Shown: positions 43,908-52,402 of the stretch, piece by piece
How positions within the stretch are numbered: the first letter of the stretch is position 1
Layout of the letters: each line of letters opens with the position of its first letter
NCBI GenBank assembly: GCA_963786955.1
Contig: CAWBAT010000005.1
Span: 1,120,001-1,184,000, forward strand
DNA: 64,000 nt
Direction of reading: 5' to 3'
From: an uncultured Acidimicrobiia bacterium
Lineage (GTDB): Bacteria > Acidobacteriota > Terriglobia > Versatilivoradales > Versatilivoraceae
Position numbers and translations under genes: made by a program
Notes under the pieces: generated by a model
The model's database searches: none
What the model saw: only the letters and a program-made list of their open reading frames with translations
What the model was told of the DNA's origin: nothing

Positions 43908-44096
43908 GCCCCAGGGTGAATAGGCTAAAAACTCCAGGTAATCCTATCGTATCCAGTTGGATCAAAACATAATCCAGCTTCCCAGAATTTGAAAATAAAG
44001 TCAAACTCGCCTGCGGCGAGGGCGAAAAGGTTTGACAATGTTTTTCCCCCTTCGATACCATTTACTGTTTTTGTGTCTTCATGAGGTTGCATTCCA

Positions 44097-44675
44097 ATGT
44101 CCTTCCAAGTATTAACTCCCGCCAACCAGTTGACCATCTTACGAATGGTTTTCATTCCAATCTTCGTTATTTTGCTGGTTTATGACTATTACGGATGGGC
44201 ATTTGCAATTTACATTCTTGCAGGGGTGACTGATGGCTTAGACGGTTTAATGGCGCGCTGGCTCAAACAGAAAACATCTTTGGGGGCCTACCTGGATCCG
44301 ATTGCCGACAAGCTTCTCCTCACGACCTCGTTTGTAGTCCTTTCAATTAAAGGGATGGGCTTACCCAACTTGATCCCTCTCTGGCTTACTATCATTGTCA
44401 TCAGTCGTGACGTGATCCTTGTGGCCAGTGTCCTGATCATTGTCATTAGTACGGGTCACCGATCATTTCCCCCGTCAATTTATGGGAAGGCGACCACGTG
44501 CTTGCAAATTCTGACAATCTTGGGAGTGCTTTATTTCAATTATCAAAGAACCATCTGGATTGGTATGAATGGGCTGTATCTGGCGACCGCGGCCATCACT
44601 GTTTTCTCGGGATTGGATTATGTCTACCGTGGTAAGAAGAAATTGGTGTCTGAAAGTTTTCAAGTGCACCATTGA
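44097..44675 (+). CDS. CDP-alcohol phosphatidyltransferase (PgsA-like)
   Basis: PANQLTILR and DGLDG.MAR......LGAYLDPIADK. Confidence 0.93.
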   Translation: MSFQVLTPANQLTILRMVFIPIFVILLVYDYYGWAFAIYILAGVTDGLDGLMARWLKQKTSLGAYLDPIADKLLLTTSFVVLSIKGMGLPNLIPLWLTIIVISRDVILVASVLIIVISTGHRSFPPSIYGKATTCLQILTILGVLYFNYQRTIWIGMNGLYLATAAITVFSGLDYVYRGKKKLVSESFQVHH

Positions 44676-44684
44676 GAAAGCCCG

Positions 44685-46046
44685 ATGAATCCTGAATCCC
44701 CCAACAAATTGGACCCACAGACAGCCGGAGTTTTGATCCATGGAGTCGATGCGGACTCGATCGCAGAGGAAGTCGGGTTGGCTGCTGGAGATCGGCTTCT
44801 GGCCATCAATGACCGCTTGATCGAGGACGTTTTGGATTATCGCTACATTGCCTCGACGGTCGAATCTGAGCTGACCTTGAGAATCATGAAGGCCTTTGGA
44901 GAAGTTTGGGAAATCGAAATCGAGAAGGATGAAGATGAAGACCTGGGCCTCGAACTCGAGGGAATACAGACCAGGATTTGCAAGAACAATTGCATTTTCT
45001 GTTTTGTTCACCAGCTCCCCCGAGGAAAGCACATTCGCCGGACTCTTCGGGTGAAAGATGAGGACTTTCGACTCTCCTTTCTGTTTGGACATTATCTGAC
45101 CCTGACCAATCTTTCGGAGGAGGACTTTCAGAGAATTTTCGAACAACGGCTTTCGCCTTTGTATGTCTCTGTGCATGCCACGGATCCCGCGCTGCGAAAA
45201 TACCTATTGCAGTCCCAAATACCCGACGACCTGCTGGGGAATATGCGTCGCTTAGTGGATGGCGGAATCCAGCTTCACACCCAGGTCGTCCTCATTCCGG
45301 GAATTAATGATGGGATGAATTTGGAGCGTTCACTTCATGATCTACGCCAATTTTACCCGTCCGTCATGAGTGTCTCGATTGTCCCTGTCGGATTGACCGA
45401 CCATCGAAAGGGGCTCCCTCAGCTAAGGTCTGTCGATGGGGCCTACGCGACCGAAGCCATTGCCCATGTCGAGCAGATTCAGCAGAAGAATAGAAGCGAA
45501 ATGGGAGTCCCCTTTTGTTTCCTGGGGGATGAGTTTTACATCAAGGCGGGACATCCGATCCCCCCCCGCTCCCATTATGGGGATTTTCCACTCGTCGAAA
45601 ATGGTGTCGGGATGATTCGAAACTTCCTCGACGAATTTGCGGAAACGATGTCTCTCGATTGGACCCGACCTCGGGGTTTGCCAGTCCGCGCAACGGTCGT
45701 CACAGGAGTCCTCTTCTACCCGACTCTCAAGGAATGCGTCGATCGGATGAACACCAAATTCCAAATCGACCTGCGCTGCCTGCCGGTGGAGAATCGTTTC
45801 CTCGGCAAAGGGATCACAGTTGCCGGGCTGCTTAGCGGGAGTGATATCTATGCTTCAGTTCAGAATCAAATGTATGGAGACTTCCTGATTCTCCCGTCCG
45901 AATGTATGACTGGGGATAAAGGGCTATTCCTGGATGACTGGGTTCAAACTGACCTGGAAACTCGCCTCCAGAAACCGGCCCTAGGGGGGGGTGATCACGT
46001 GGCTGATTTTTTCAAATTGATCTTCTCCGACAGGCAGACCCACTAA
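44685..46046 (+). CDS. PDZ + radical-SAM-like DUF512 protein
   Basis: N-terminal PDZ-like region, CKNNCIFC, KDEDFRLSFL and ENGVG. Confidence 0.88.
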   Translation: MNPESPNKLDPQTAGVLIHGVDADSIAEEVGLAAGDRLLAINDRLIEDVLDYRYIASTVESELTLRIMKAFGEVWEIEIEKDEDEDLGLELEGIQTRICKNNCIFCFVHQLPRGKHIRRTLRVKDEDFRLSFLFGHYLTLTNLSEEDFQRIFEQRLSPLYVSVHATDPALRKYLLQSQIPDDLLGNMRRLVDGGIQLHTQVVLIPGINDGMNLERSLHDLRQFYPSVMSVSIVPVGLTDHRKGLPQLRSVDGAYATEAIAHVEQIQQKNRSEMGVPFCFLGDEFYIKAGHPIPPRSHYGDFPLVENGVGMIRNFLDEFAETMSLDWTRPRGLPVRATVVTGVLFYPTLKECVDRMNTKFQIDLRCLPVENRFLGKGITVAGLLSGSDIYASVQNQMYGDFLILPSECMTGDKGLFLDDWVQTDLETRLQKPALGGGDHVADFFKLIFSDRQTH

Positions 46047-46063
46047 CGTCGCTTCCTTACCAA

Positions 46064-46861
46064 TTACTCAATCCTCTCTAATTCAAACTCCTCCCGGCCA
46101 CTGACTTTCAAAACGATGGCTGCTGATCCGCAATGGACAGAGATTTCCAAATAACCCGAGCTCCCGAAGATCGTGAAGGGCGTTCTTGTTTCGGCTTCCG
46201 CATAGGAACTCAAATGCTGTCGAATCTCGTGCCCGGCAATGCGAAGCACAAACCTGCCCACCGGTTCCGGGAAGTCTTTTGTCGTTAGGTTCGTGATGAG
46301 GTTGCCGAACTTGTCTATCCGCAGAATCGTACCCAGGACATGCTGGCCCATTCGTTTCGGCAGGGGTAATTTCAGGGTCAATAAATCTTGGATTCGGGGC
46401 CCGAATTCGGAGGGAGGTGTTCCTTGGGAGAGCCATCCAGCAACGGGCGCGAAGATGTCCCTTCCGTGAAAAGTGCGACTCAGTTGCTTCAGAAAGAAAC
46501 GGTCTTGAATCAAATGATAGATCCGCACGTCTTTTTCCTGTTCCAAAGCCGGAGAGAGGAGGCCATTATCGGGTCCGACGAAAAAATAATCCTCTGTCTG
46601 AACTAGTAAAGGTCGACGTGAACTTCCTACCCCGGGATCGACCACCCCAACATGGATGGTGCCTTTGGGAAAAAAGCGAAAACTGGAACTGAGAGCGAGA
46701 GCACCGGCGAGAATATCTTGTGAAGCGATTCCGTGAGTGATGTCAACAATTTGGCAATCCCGGTGAATGTTGAGAATAACCCCCTTCATAATGCCGACGT
46801 AGGGATCCTCTAGGCCATAGTCCGTGGTCAATGTAATCAATGGAATCCCAACGTTCTGCAC
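46064..46861 (-). CDS. SAM hydroxide adenosyltransferase / chlorinase-fluorinase family (DUF62)
   Basis: LTTDYG, VVDPGVGS, GPDNG, TFHGRDIFAP and IDKFGN. Confidence 0.93.
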   Translation of the reverse strand: MQNVGIPLITLTTDYGLEDPYVGIMKGVILNIHRDCQIVDITHGIASQDILAGALALSSSFRFFPKGTIHVGVVDPGVGSSRRPLLVQTEDYFFVGPDNGLLSPALEQEKDVRIYHLIQDRFFLKQLSRTFHGRDIFAPVAGWLSQGTPPSEFGPRIQDLLTLKLPLPKRMGQHVLGTILRIDKFGNLITNLTTKDFPEPVGRFVLRIAGHEIRQHLSSYAEAETRTPFTIFGSSGYLEISVHCGSAAIVLKVSGREEFELERIE

Positions 46862-46931
46862 GAACCCACTCCCCGCACAACCGCCAGCATGAAGTTACTT
46901 CATGAGCCGGCATCAATCTATAGGACTTCTG

Positions 46932-47963
46932 CTATCTTGTATCATTTGCCAACGAAAGGATTTTTTTTAGTTCCCCCTCATTGACTTTCAAAAGATCAAT
47001 CCTGGTCAGCCGAGTTGTCAGCTCCACCCAATTTCGGTCCGCCTCAAAAACTGTTCTGAAGATAGGGAGCGATTCAGCAAGATGTCCTGAATTCGCTAAG
47101 CCGATTGCGTGCCAGTATTTCATCTCGATATTTTCAGGATTCAGGGCCTCAGCCGCGCTGTATTCGCGGAGTGCTCCCGCAAGATCACTTTTTTCTACAG
47201 CCAGGTCACCGGAGTTCATGTGCTCATAAGCCTGATGAATTCTCACCAGGCGCCGCAGTTCCTTAAGGGGTTCGGGGTGATCTTCGACCCGTAAATCTAT
47301 TTTTCTGTCAAGCCACGGCTTGCCACTCGATTTGCCGCTGACAACCAGGATTGCTGCGGACTGTTTTCCTCGAATATCCCCTCCAACTGCTTGTGCAGCT
47401 TCTAGCGCAGCTAGCATTCGATCTGACAATTCACCTTGTGCCTGGCGATAGGCAGATGCCATGGCGGGCCAGATCTTGTCGTTTAACATAAGGTTTGCTT
47501 GCACGGAAAATTGCACTCCGCTTTCATGGCCGGCTGCGGGGATACATCGGGATCCAGTGTGGACAGCGACAGTACCCAGGGCGTCGATCATTGCGACTTG
47601 GCGAACAGCACGACCGGAATCTACGGCCAGTAATGCTTCCAGCGCTTGCCTGGCTGTCTTGCCTCCACGCATCAGTTCCAAGCCCAGAAGGCCATAGGAT
47701 TGATCGACAAAGGACTGTGTGGCAACGGCTCCTACTCCGGCTTCTGCCCAGGGCACAAGGGATCCGACGGAAAACCAATGGGATTGGACGGCAACGCCAA
47801 GATCACCATTTATCGGGTTTCTGGCAACAATGGAATAGGTATGTATGGGCCGGGTCTCGGCAAAGGCGCTAACGAAAGCCAGCAGCCAGCCGACCGTGAA
47901 CAATGATTTGCGAAGCATAGAGACTCCTCTTGCGGCGGCTCTGGTAATTCTAGTCTTCTTCAA
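46932..47963 (-). CDS. DUF1028 (Ntn-hydrolase-like) protein with C-terminal TPR
   Basis: HTYSIVAR, GVGAVATQ, GGDIRGKQSAA and DLRVEDHPEP. Start uncertain. Confidence 0.88.
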   Translation of the reverse strand: MKKTRITRAAARGVSMLRKSLFTVGWLLAFVSAFAETRPIHTYSIVARNPINGDLGVAVQSHWFSVGSLVPWAEAGVGAVATQSFVDQSYGLLGLELMRGGKTARQALEALLAVDSGRAVRQVAMIDALGTVAVHTGSRCIPAAGHESGVQFSVQANLMLNDKIWPAMASAYRQAQGELSDRMLAALEAAQAVGGDIRGKQSAAILVVSGKSSGKPWLDRKIDLRVEDHPEPLKELRRLVRIHQAYEHMNSGDLAVEKSDLAGALREYSAAEALNPENIEMKYWHAIGLANSGHLAESLPIFRTVFEADRNWVELTTRLTRIDLLKVNEGELKKILSLANDTR

Positions 47964-48016
47964 GGGCGGATAATATTTGTGATCAAACTGATGAATTCAA
48001 GAACTATGCAGAAACC

Positions 48017-49669
48017 TTACCCCAAGTTCCCTTTTTTTAACTCTTCGGCCAAATAATCGGTGGCTCGCCAGGCCAAAGCCAAAATCGTCAGTGTGGGATT
48101 TTTTTCGGTAGCTGCGGGAAAGGCACTTCCATCGACAACGAATAAGTTCTTCACATCGTGCATCTGGCAGAATCCATTGAGTGCCGATTGCTTGGGATCA
48201 CTTCCCATGCGGCAAGTACCATGCTCGTGAATAGCCTTCCCTGGCTGATCCACAGTTCCTCGCTTGTAACCGATTAATTCTGCTTTGGCTGAATGCATCA
48301 CCTGTTCGGCCGTGTCGTACATTTCTTCCAACATCTTTCGCTCATTGTCGCCAATCGAAAACACGATCTTGGGGAGCGGAACTCCATATGCATCGACGGG
48401 CGTCCCTTCCACGGTGATGTGGTTATCGGCGCGGGGCAAGACTTCTCCGTAGGGGTGCATTGCGATCCAGGCCGGATAGCGCCGCTTGATCTCTTTCTTG
48501 AAGTCTGAACCAAAGCCCGGCAGCTCCGTTGCATAATGGCTGGCCCCAGGCTGACAACCAATCCCCCAGAATTGGGCGCCAAAACCGCGCAGATAGTCTC
48601 TGGGTTTGCCGCGATGGTTGAACCGCGGCATATAGAGATGCTCTCCTCCGATCCCGTCATCGTTGCTCGACGGAAAACCATAGAGGTCAGGAAGGAAACC
48701 GTGAACATGAAACCGTACCTGCTCGCAAAGGTATTTCCCGATAACTTCTGAGCTGTTTCCGATTCCGTTCGGATATTGACGGGATTTGGAATTTAAGAGG
48801 ATTCGCGTGGAGTCGATGCACGACGCCCCCAGTACGACAACTTTGCCTTGTGCCCGGAATTCCTCTTTGGTATGGCGGTCAAAATACTGTACAGAACCGG
48901 CCCGGCCCCTTTCATTGGGAAGGATTCTTGCAACGACAGCGTTGGTTTGCAGGGTGAGATTTCCAGTCTCGAGGGCGTAGGGGATCAAATGATCAGCAGA
49001 ACAAAAGAAGGAGGCTGTATCACAACCCTTCCCACAGGCCCCACAATAGTGGCATGGTGGAAACCCACGATGGGGCTGGGTCAGCACTGCCCGTCGACCC
49101 GAAACCATCGGGATTCCGAGTTGATGAGCCGATCGCTTCAGGAGGAATTCTCCACAACGCATTCGCGGAGGAGGCATGTGGTAGCGGCTCCCAGGGAGGA
49201 CATCGGAATCATCATTACCACCGCACACTCCGATGAGCTGATCAACCTTGTCATAGTAAGGTGCAATATCTTTATAGGAAATGGGCCAGGGAATTTCCCA
49301 GCCGTCGCGTTCGGCAGCCTGAAAGTCCAGGTCCCCATATCGGAGAGACACTCTCCCCCAGATGTTTGTTTTCCCTCCGAGTCCCCAGACTCGAGTTAAG
49401 TCAAACGGCTTACCCGGAGGCGTAAAATAAGGTTGCTCTTGACGGCTCAAGAGGAAGTCGGGAGGATGCAGGCCGCGCTTCTCACGTTCACGGGCCTCAT
49501 CCGGCCAAACATGCGTCCAGTATCCCTCACGCTTGAAACGCTCACCCGCGTCCAGCATCAGGACTTTGGCACCTTGGCGCGTCAAATTCCAGGCGGCTAT
49601 CCCGCCAGAGGCGCCGGAACCGATGACTACAACGTCATACATGACCTGGTTGGGAACTAAATCTTGCAT
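48017..49669 (-). CDS. GMC-family flavoprotein oxidoreductase
   Basis: [28 protein letters not shown] and [10 protein letters not shown]. Confidence 0.92.
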   Translation of the reverse strand: MQDLVPNQVMYDVVVIGSGASGGIAAWNLTRQGAKVLMLDAGERFKREGYWTHVWPDEAREREKRGLHPPDFLLSRQEQPYFTPPGKPFDLTRVWGLGGKTNIWGRVSLRYGDLDFQAAERDGWEIPWPISYKDIAPYYDKVDQLIGVCGGNDDSDVLPGSRYHMPPPRMRCGEFLLKRSAHQLGIPMVSGRRAVLTQPHRGFPPCHYCGACGKGCDTASFFCSADHLIPYALETGNLTLQTNAVVARILPNERGRAGSVQYFDRHTKEEFRAQGKVVVLGASCIDSTRILLNSKSRQYPNGIGNSSEVIGKYLCEQVRFHVHGFLPDLYGFPSSNDDGIGGEHLYMPRFNHRGKPRDYLRGFGAQFWGIGCQPGASHYATELPGFGSDFKKEIKRRYPAWIAMHPYGEVLPRADNHITVEGTPVDAYGVPLPKIVFSIGDNERKMLEEMYDTAEQVMHSAKAELIGYKRGTVDQPGKAIHEHGTCRMGSDPKQSALNGFCQMHDVKNLFVVDGSAFPAATEKNPTLTILALAWRATDYLAEELKKGNLG

Positions 49670-50038
49670 GGGGATCTAAGTTAATATATAGAGACTGACA
49701 CAATCTACAATCAGAAAAGAAACCTACAAAGTGCGAACAATTCTAAGCTGTTGGAAAGGGAAGAACAAGCGGAAGTGAATGTGGTTTGAAAGATCGTGGC
49801 TGGCGCACTCGTGTGTTTTTTGCATGACTGCGAAGAGTACACTGGTTGAAATTTTAAAGGCTTAAAGTTGATCCAGCTGGAAATTCTATCTTCTAAAAGT
49901 TAGGTGGTAATTTTGCTATGGACCCTCTGCCCTCCTATTGCGCCTTCCCGCAGACATGCACAAAACACATGGGTGCAACACTGGCCGTTTTCCATATTAT
50001 GTTAAGGTATAATGTTTGATATTGGCATCGGGCAAAAC

Positions 50039-50060
50039 TGCCCGAAAACTCATGTTATCA
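50039..50060 (+). other. attI-like integron recombination site
   Basis: TGCCCGAAAACTCAT-GTTATCA resembles attI1 (GCCCTAAAACAAA-GTTRRRY) and precedes the first cassette; no intI nearby. Confidence 0.45.
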
Positions 50061-50139
50061 GGGGAATCCTTCCTGTTAATCAATGGTTGGGCCATCCGAG
50101 TACTCTCGGGCTGAAGCCGAGCATAGCCGTAGGTTTCAA

Positions 50140-50168
50140 TTGCCGCTGGCTTGCTCCTCGGTTACCAT
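50140..50168 (+). promoter_or_regulatory. Toxin-antitoxin operon promoter (likely leaderless)
   Basis: TTGCCG-17 nt-TACCAT, 7 nt before ATG 50176; no RBS. Confidence 0.6.
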
Positions 50169-50175
50169 CGAAGGC

Positions 50176-50487
50176 ATGACGTTGATCCAAGCAATTCGCG
50201 CAAAGGTTTTATCGGGTGCTTTTGAATTCTCGCAACACGCAGTTGACCAGACCATCCTACGACATATTAGCGTTCACGAGATCCGAGAAGCTATCAACGT
50301 GGGACAGGTGATCGAGGATTACCCGAACGACAAGTATGGTCCCAGTTGCCTGATCTTGGGATTCACCCAGGCAGGACGGCCGATTCATGTCCAGTGCAGT
50401 TATGCCTCTCGCCTGTTGGTGAAAGTCATCACGACCTACCAACCCGATCCGAATGAGTGGGTCGAATACAAACAACGGAGAAAATAA
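50176..50487 (+). CDS. DUF4258 putative toxin
   Basis: FSQHAVDQ, VIEDYPNDKYGPSCLILG, RPIHV and VITTYQPDPNEW. Confidence 0.88.
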   Translation: MTLIQAIRAKVLSGAFEFSQHAVDQTILRHISVHEIREAINVGQVIEDYPNDKYGPSCLILGFTQAGRPIHVQCSYASRLLVKVITTYQPDPNEWVEYKQRRK

Positions 50488-50488
50488 C

Positions 50489-50725
50489 ATGCCTGTTGAT
50501 ACGTCGGAAGAGACTTTTGTAGAACAGAAAGTAACCTACACCCTGGAAGTGCAAGGGCGTTTTATTATCATTGAGCATGTGCCCGCGCGCGTTTCGCTTC
50601 GCACAAGTGAACGATTCTTTTCTCCCGAGACGGTGGAGTGTCTCCAGAGGATTGTTTGGGAGCAAGGACCGCCCAGCCGTGTTATTGAAACCCCGGTGTT
50701 TGAGTATCCAGGCGTCATGGCCTAA
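50489..50725 (+). CDS. YgiT-type (MqsA N-terminal-like) putative antitoxin, lacking Zn-binding cysteines
   Basis: VTYTLE..G..IIIEHVPARV....ERFFSPETV; lies directly after the DUF4258 gene. Confidence 0.8.
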   Translation: MPVDTSEETFVEQKVTYTLEVQGRFIIIEHVPARVSLRTSERFFSPETVECLQRIVWEQGPPSRVIETPVFEYPGVMA

Positions 50726-50781
50726 CCACGGCATCACCCGACGCAAAACCGCGGCGGCGGGTGATGCCTCAGTCGTTCCGC
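50720..50781 (+). repeat. attC-like site 1 (62 bp)
   Basis: R'' GCCTAAC overlapping the stop codon, stem GGCATCACCCG/CGGGTGATGCC and R' GTTCCGC. Confidence 0.75.
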
Positions 50782-50800
50782 CACAGAGGAGAGGATACTT

Positions 50801-51367
50801 TTGTTGGCAATTGTGAGTGACAACCTTGTCGTTGCCCAGCCGATCTCCGGCGGTTTTAGCTGGACACTCGCCTCGCGCATTTGCCAGATGATCACCAAGG
50901 CTGAGGCCCAGTTTGGCGCTCGGGACCGGTCGTTCACCGTGTTGGGGGTTGAGTTCAGGAATGGAGTTCCGCAAGTTTGGTTCCCCGGTAACTGCGGACA
51001 TGTCGTAGTCCAACTCGGTCTATCTGCGATGCAAGACCCGAACCGAGCGTTGTTTCAACTCGCTCACGAGTGTGTGCATCTTCTGGATCCCGCACCAGGA
51101 GCGACCAATAATCTCGAAGAAGGCGTCGCCACCCATTTTTCACTTGAGTTTATGCAAGCCGAACTTGGGTTAACTTATTCGACAGGCGACGCGAAGTATG
51201 ACAGCGCGTGCAGTCTTGTGCGGTTGCTGATTTCGACGAAGAGTGATTCCGTCAGAGAACTTCGACGTTTACACGGCCCTCTACGTGGCATTACGACTCA
51301 ACAGATTTCAGGGATTTGCCCAAGTTTGAACGCAGGAACTGCCAGCCAGCTAGCGAACCCCTTTTAG
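50801..51367 (+). CDS. Hypothetical HExxH metallopeptidase-like cassette protein
   Basis: FQLAHECVHLL..LEEGVAT; GAGGAG RBS just after attC1. Confidence 0.75.
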   Translation: MLAIVSDNLVVAQPISGGFSWTLASRICQMITKAEAQFGARDRSFTVLGVEFRNGVPQVWFPGNCGHVVVQLGLSAMQDPNRALFQLAHECVHLLDPAPGATNNLEEGVATHFSLEFMQAELGLTYSTGDAKYDSACSLVRLLISTKSDSVRELRRLHGPLRGITTQQISGICPSLNAGTASQLANPF

Positions 51368-51375
51368 CGATGCCG

Positions 51376-51468
51376 GCCGAGCGAGGCGCTGCACCTGAAC
51401 GGGGCCGCTATACTGGTTTCGCGCGACATCAAGTTCTTGCTGCGGCCCCGGGAGCTTGGTCGTTAGAA
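51376..51468 (+). repeat. attC-like site 2 (93 bp, degenerate)
   Basis: GCCGAGC (mutated R''), GCTGCACCTG, stem CGGGGCCGC/GCGGCCCCG and R' GTTAGAA; the L' arm appears to have a small deletion. Confidence 0.7.
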
Positions 51469-51485
51469 AGATAAAAAAAGATCGT

Positions 51486-52211
51486 ATGGATAAAGAACAC
51501 ATCCTTTCTGAAATCAGACGTACGACCGAGGAAAACAGAAACAGTCCACTAGGTATCGCCAGGTTTGAGAAGGAAACTGGAATAAAAGTGTGGGATTGGA
51601 GAGGAAAGTATTGGACTAGATGGGCTGATGCACTTGCAGAAGCTGGGTACAGCAACCCTAATGAGATGCAAACCGCTTACCCGGATGAATTCTTAATTGA
51701 GAAGCTCATAGAGCTAATCCAGGAACTTGGTCACTTCCCTACAACAACCGAGCGCAGACTCAAGGGTCATCAAGACAAGAACTTCCCAACTCATAACACA
51801 TTTTCAAGATTCGGGGGCAAAGCAGACTTGATAGAGGCTGTTCTGAAGTATTGCGATACTCATGACAAAGATGCTGAAATCGTTGCAGCCTGCAAGGTAG
51901 CCGCTTCCACCGGAAAACTTCAGCTACGAGATAGAGCAGGACCAGAACCAATCGAATTAGGTTTTGTTTATCTGATGAAATCAGGCAAATATTTCAAGAT
52001 AGGCCGAACCAATTGCGCGGAAAGACGCGAATTTGAGCTCCGAATCCTGCTACCTGAGAAACTTGAATTGGTTCATAAGATTAAAACTGATGATCCTTGT
52101 GGAATTGAAAAATATTGGCACGATCGCTTTAAAGACAGCCGCAAAAGTGGAGAGTGGTTTGACCTTTCGCCCAGTGACGTCAAAGCCTTCAAGCGACGGA
52201 AGACGATGTAG
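51486..52211 (+). CDS. GIY-YIG (T5orf172-like) nuclease with N-terminal repeats
   Basis: GFVYLMKSG.YFKIGRT..RRE..E.YWH.RF...R..GEWF; N-terminal W.DALAEAG and F.RFGG helical repeats. Confidence 0.85.
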   Translation: MDKEHILSEIRRTTEENRNSPLGIARFEKETGIKVWDWRGKYWTRWADALAEAGYSNPNEMQTAYPDEFLIEKLIELIQELGHFPTTTERRLKGHQDKNFPTHNTFSRFGGKADLIEAVLKYCDTHDKDAEIVAACKVAASTGKLQLRDRAGPEPIELGFVYLMKSGKYFKIGRTNCAERREFELRILLPEKLELVHKIKTDDPCGIEKYWHDRFKDSRKSGEWFDLSPSDVKAFKRRKTM

Positions 52212-52215
52212 AACT

Positions 52216-52236
52216 GCCTAACGCCATAGGCTGCAC
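52216..52236 (+). repeat. Truncated attC-like site 3 (left arm only)
   Basis: GCCTAAC 4 nt after the stop, complementary to the cassette's leading GTTAG, then GCTGCAC; no right arm found. Confidence 0.45.
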
Positions 52237-52402
52237 ACTACGTCCACCGACCCCTTGTCCTCCATCATTTAAGGGCTGCCCCCTCCCCCCCCGGCCCTCT
52301 TGCAAAATTGGGACTTTCAAGGGATCATGTGCTTCCTTAGATAGAAATAGAAACAGATAGAAACATGGCCCACATTATTCCGGGCGGGAAGGAATTCACC
52401 GA

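Noticed and set aside
49670-49990. Integron integrase or its remnant upstream of the attI-like site
   Set aside because: No ORF in the track and no tyrosine-recombinase motif seen by eye in this ~300-bp gap.
49980-50007. Complete dif site
   Set aside because: Only the XerD-side half matches; the XerC arm is unrecognisable and the locus is near oriC. Kept only as a half-site finding.
52339-52364. ATAGAAA repeats upstream of hemH
   Set aside because: Low-complexity and irregularly spaced; no assignable function.
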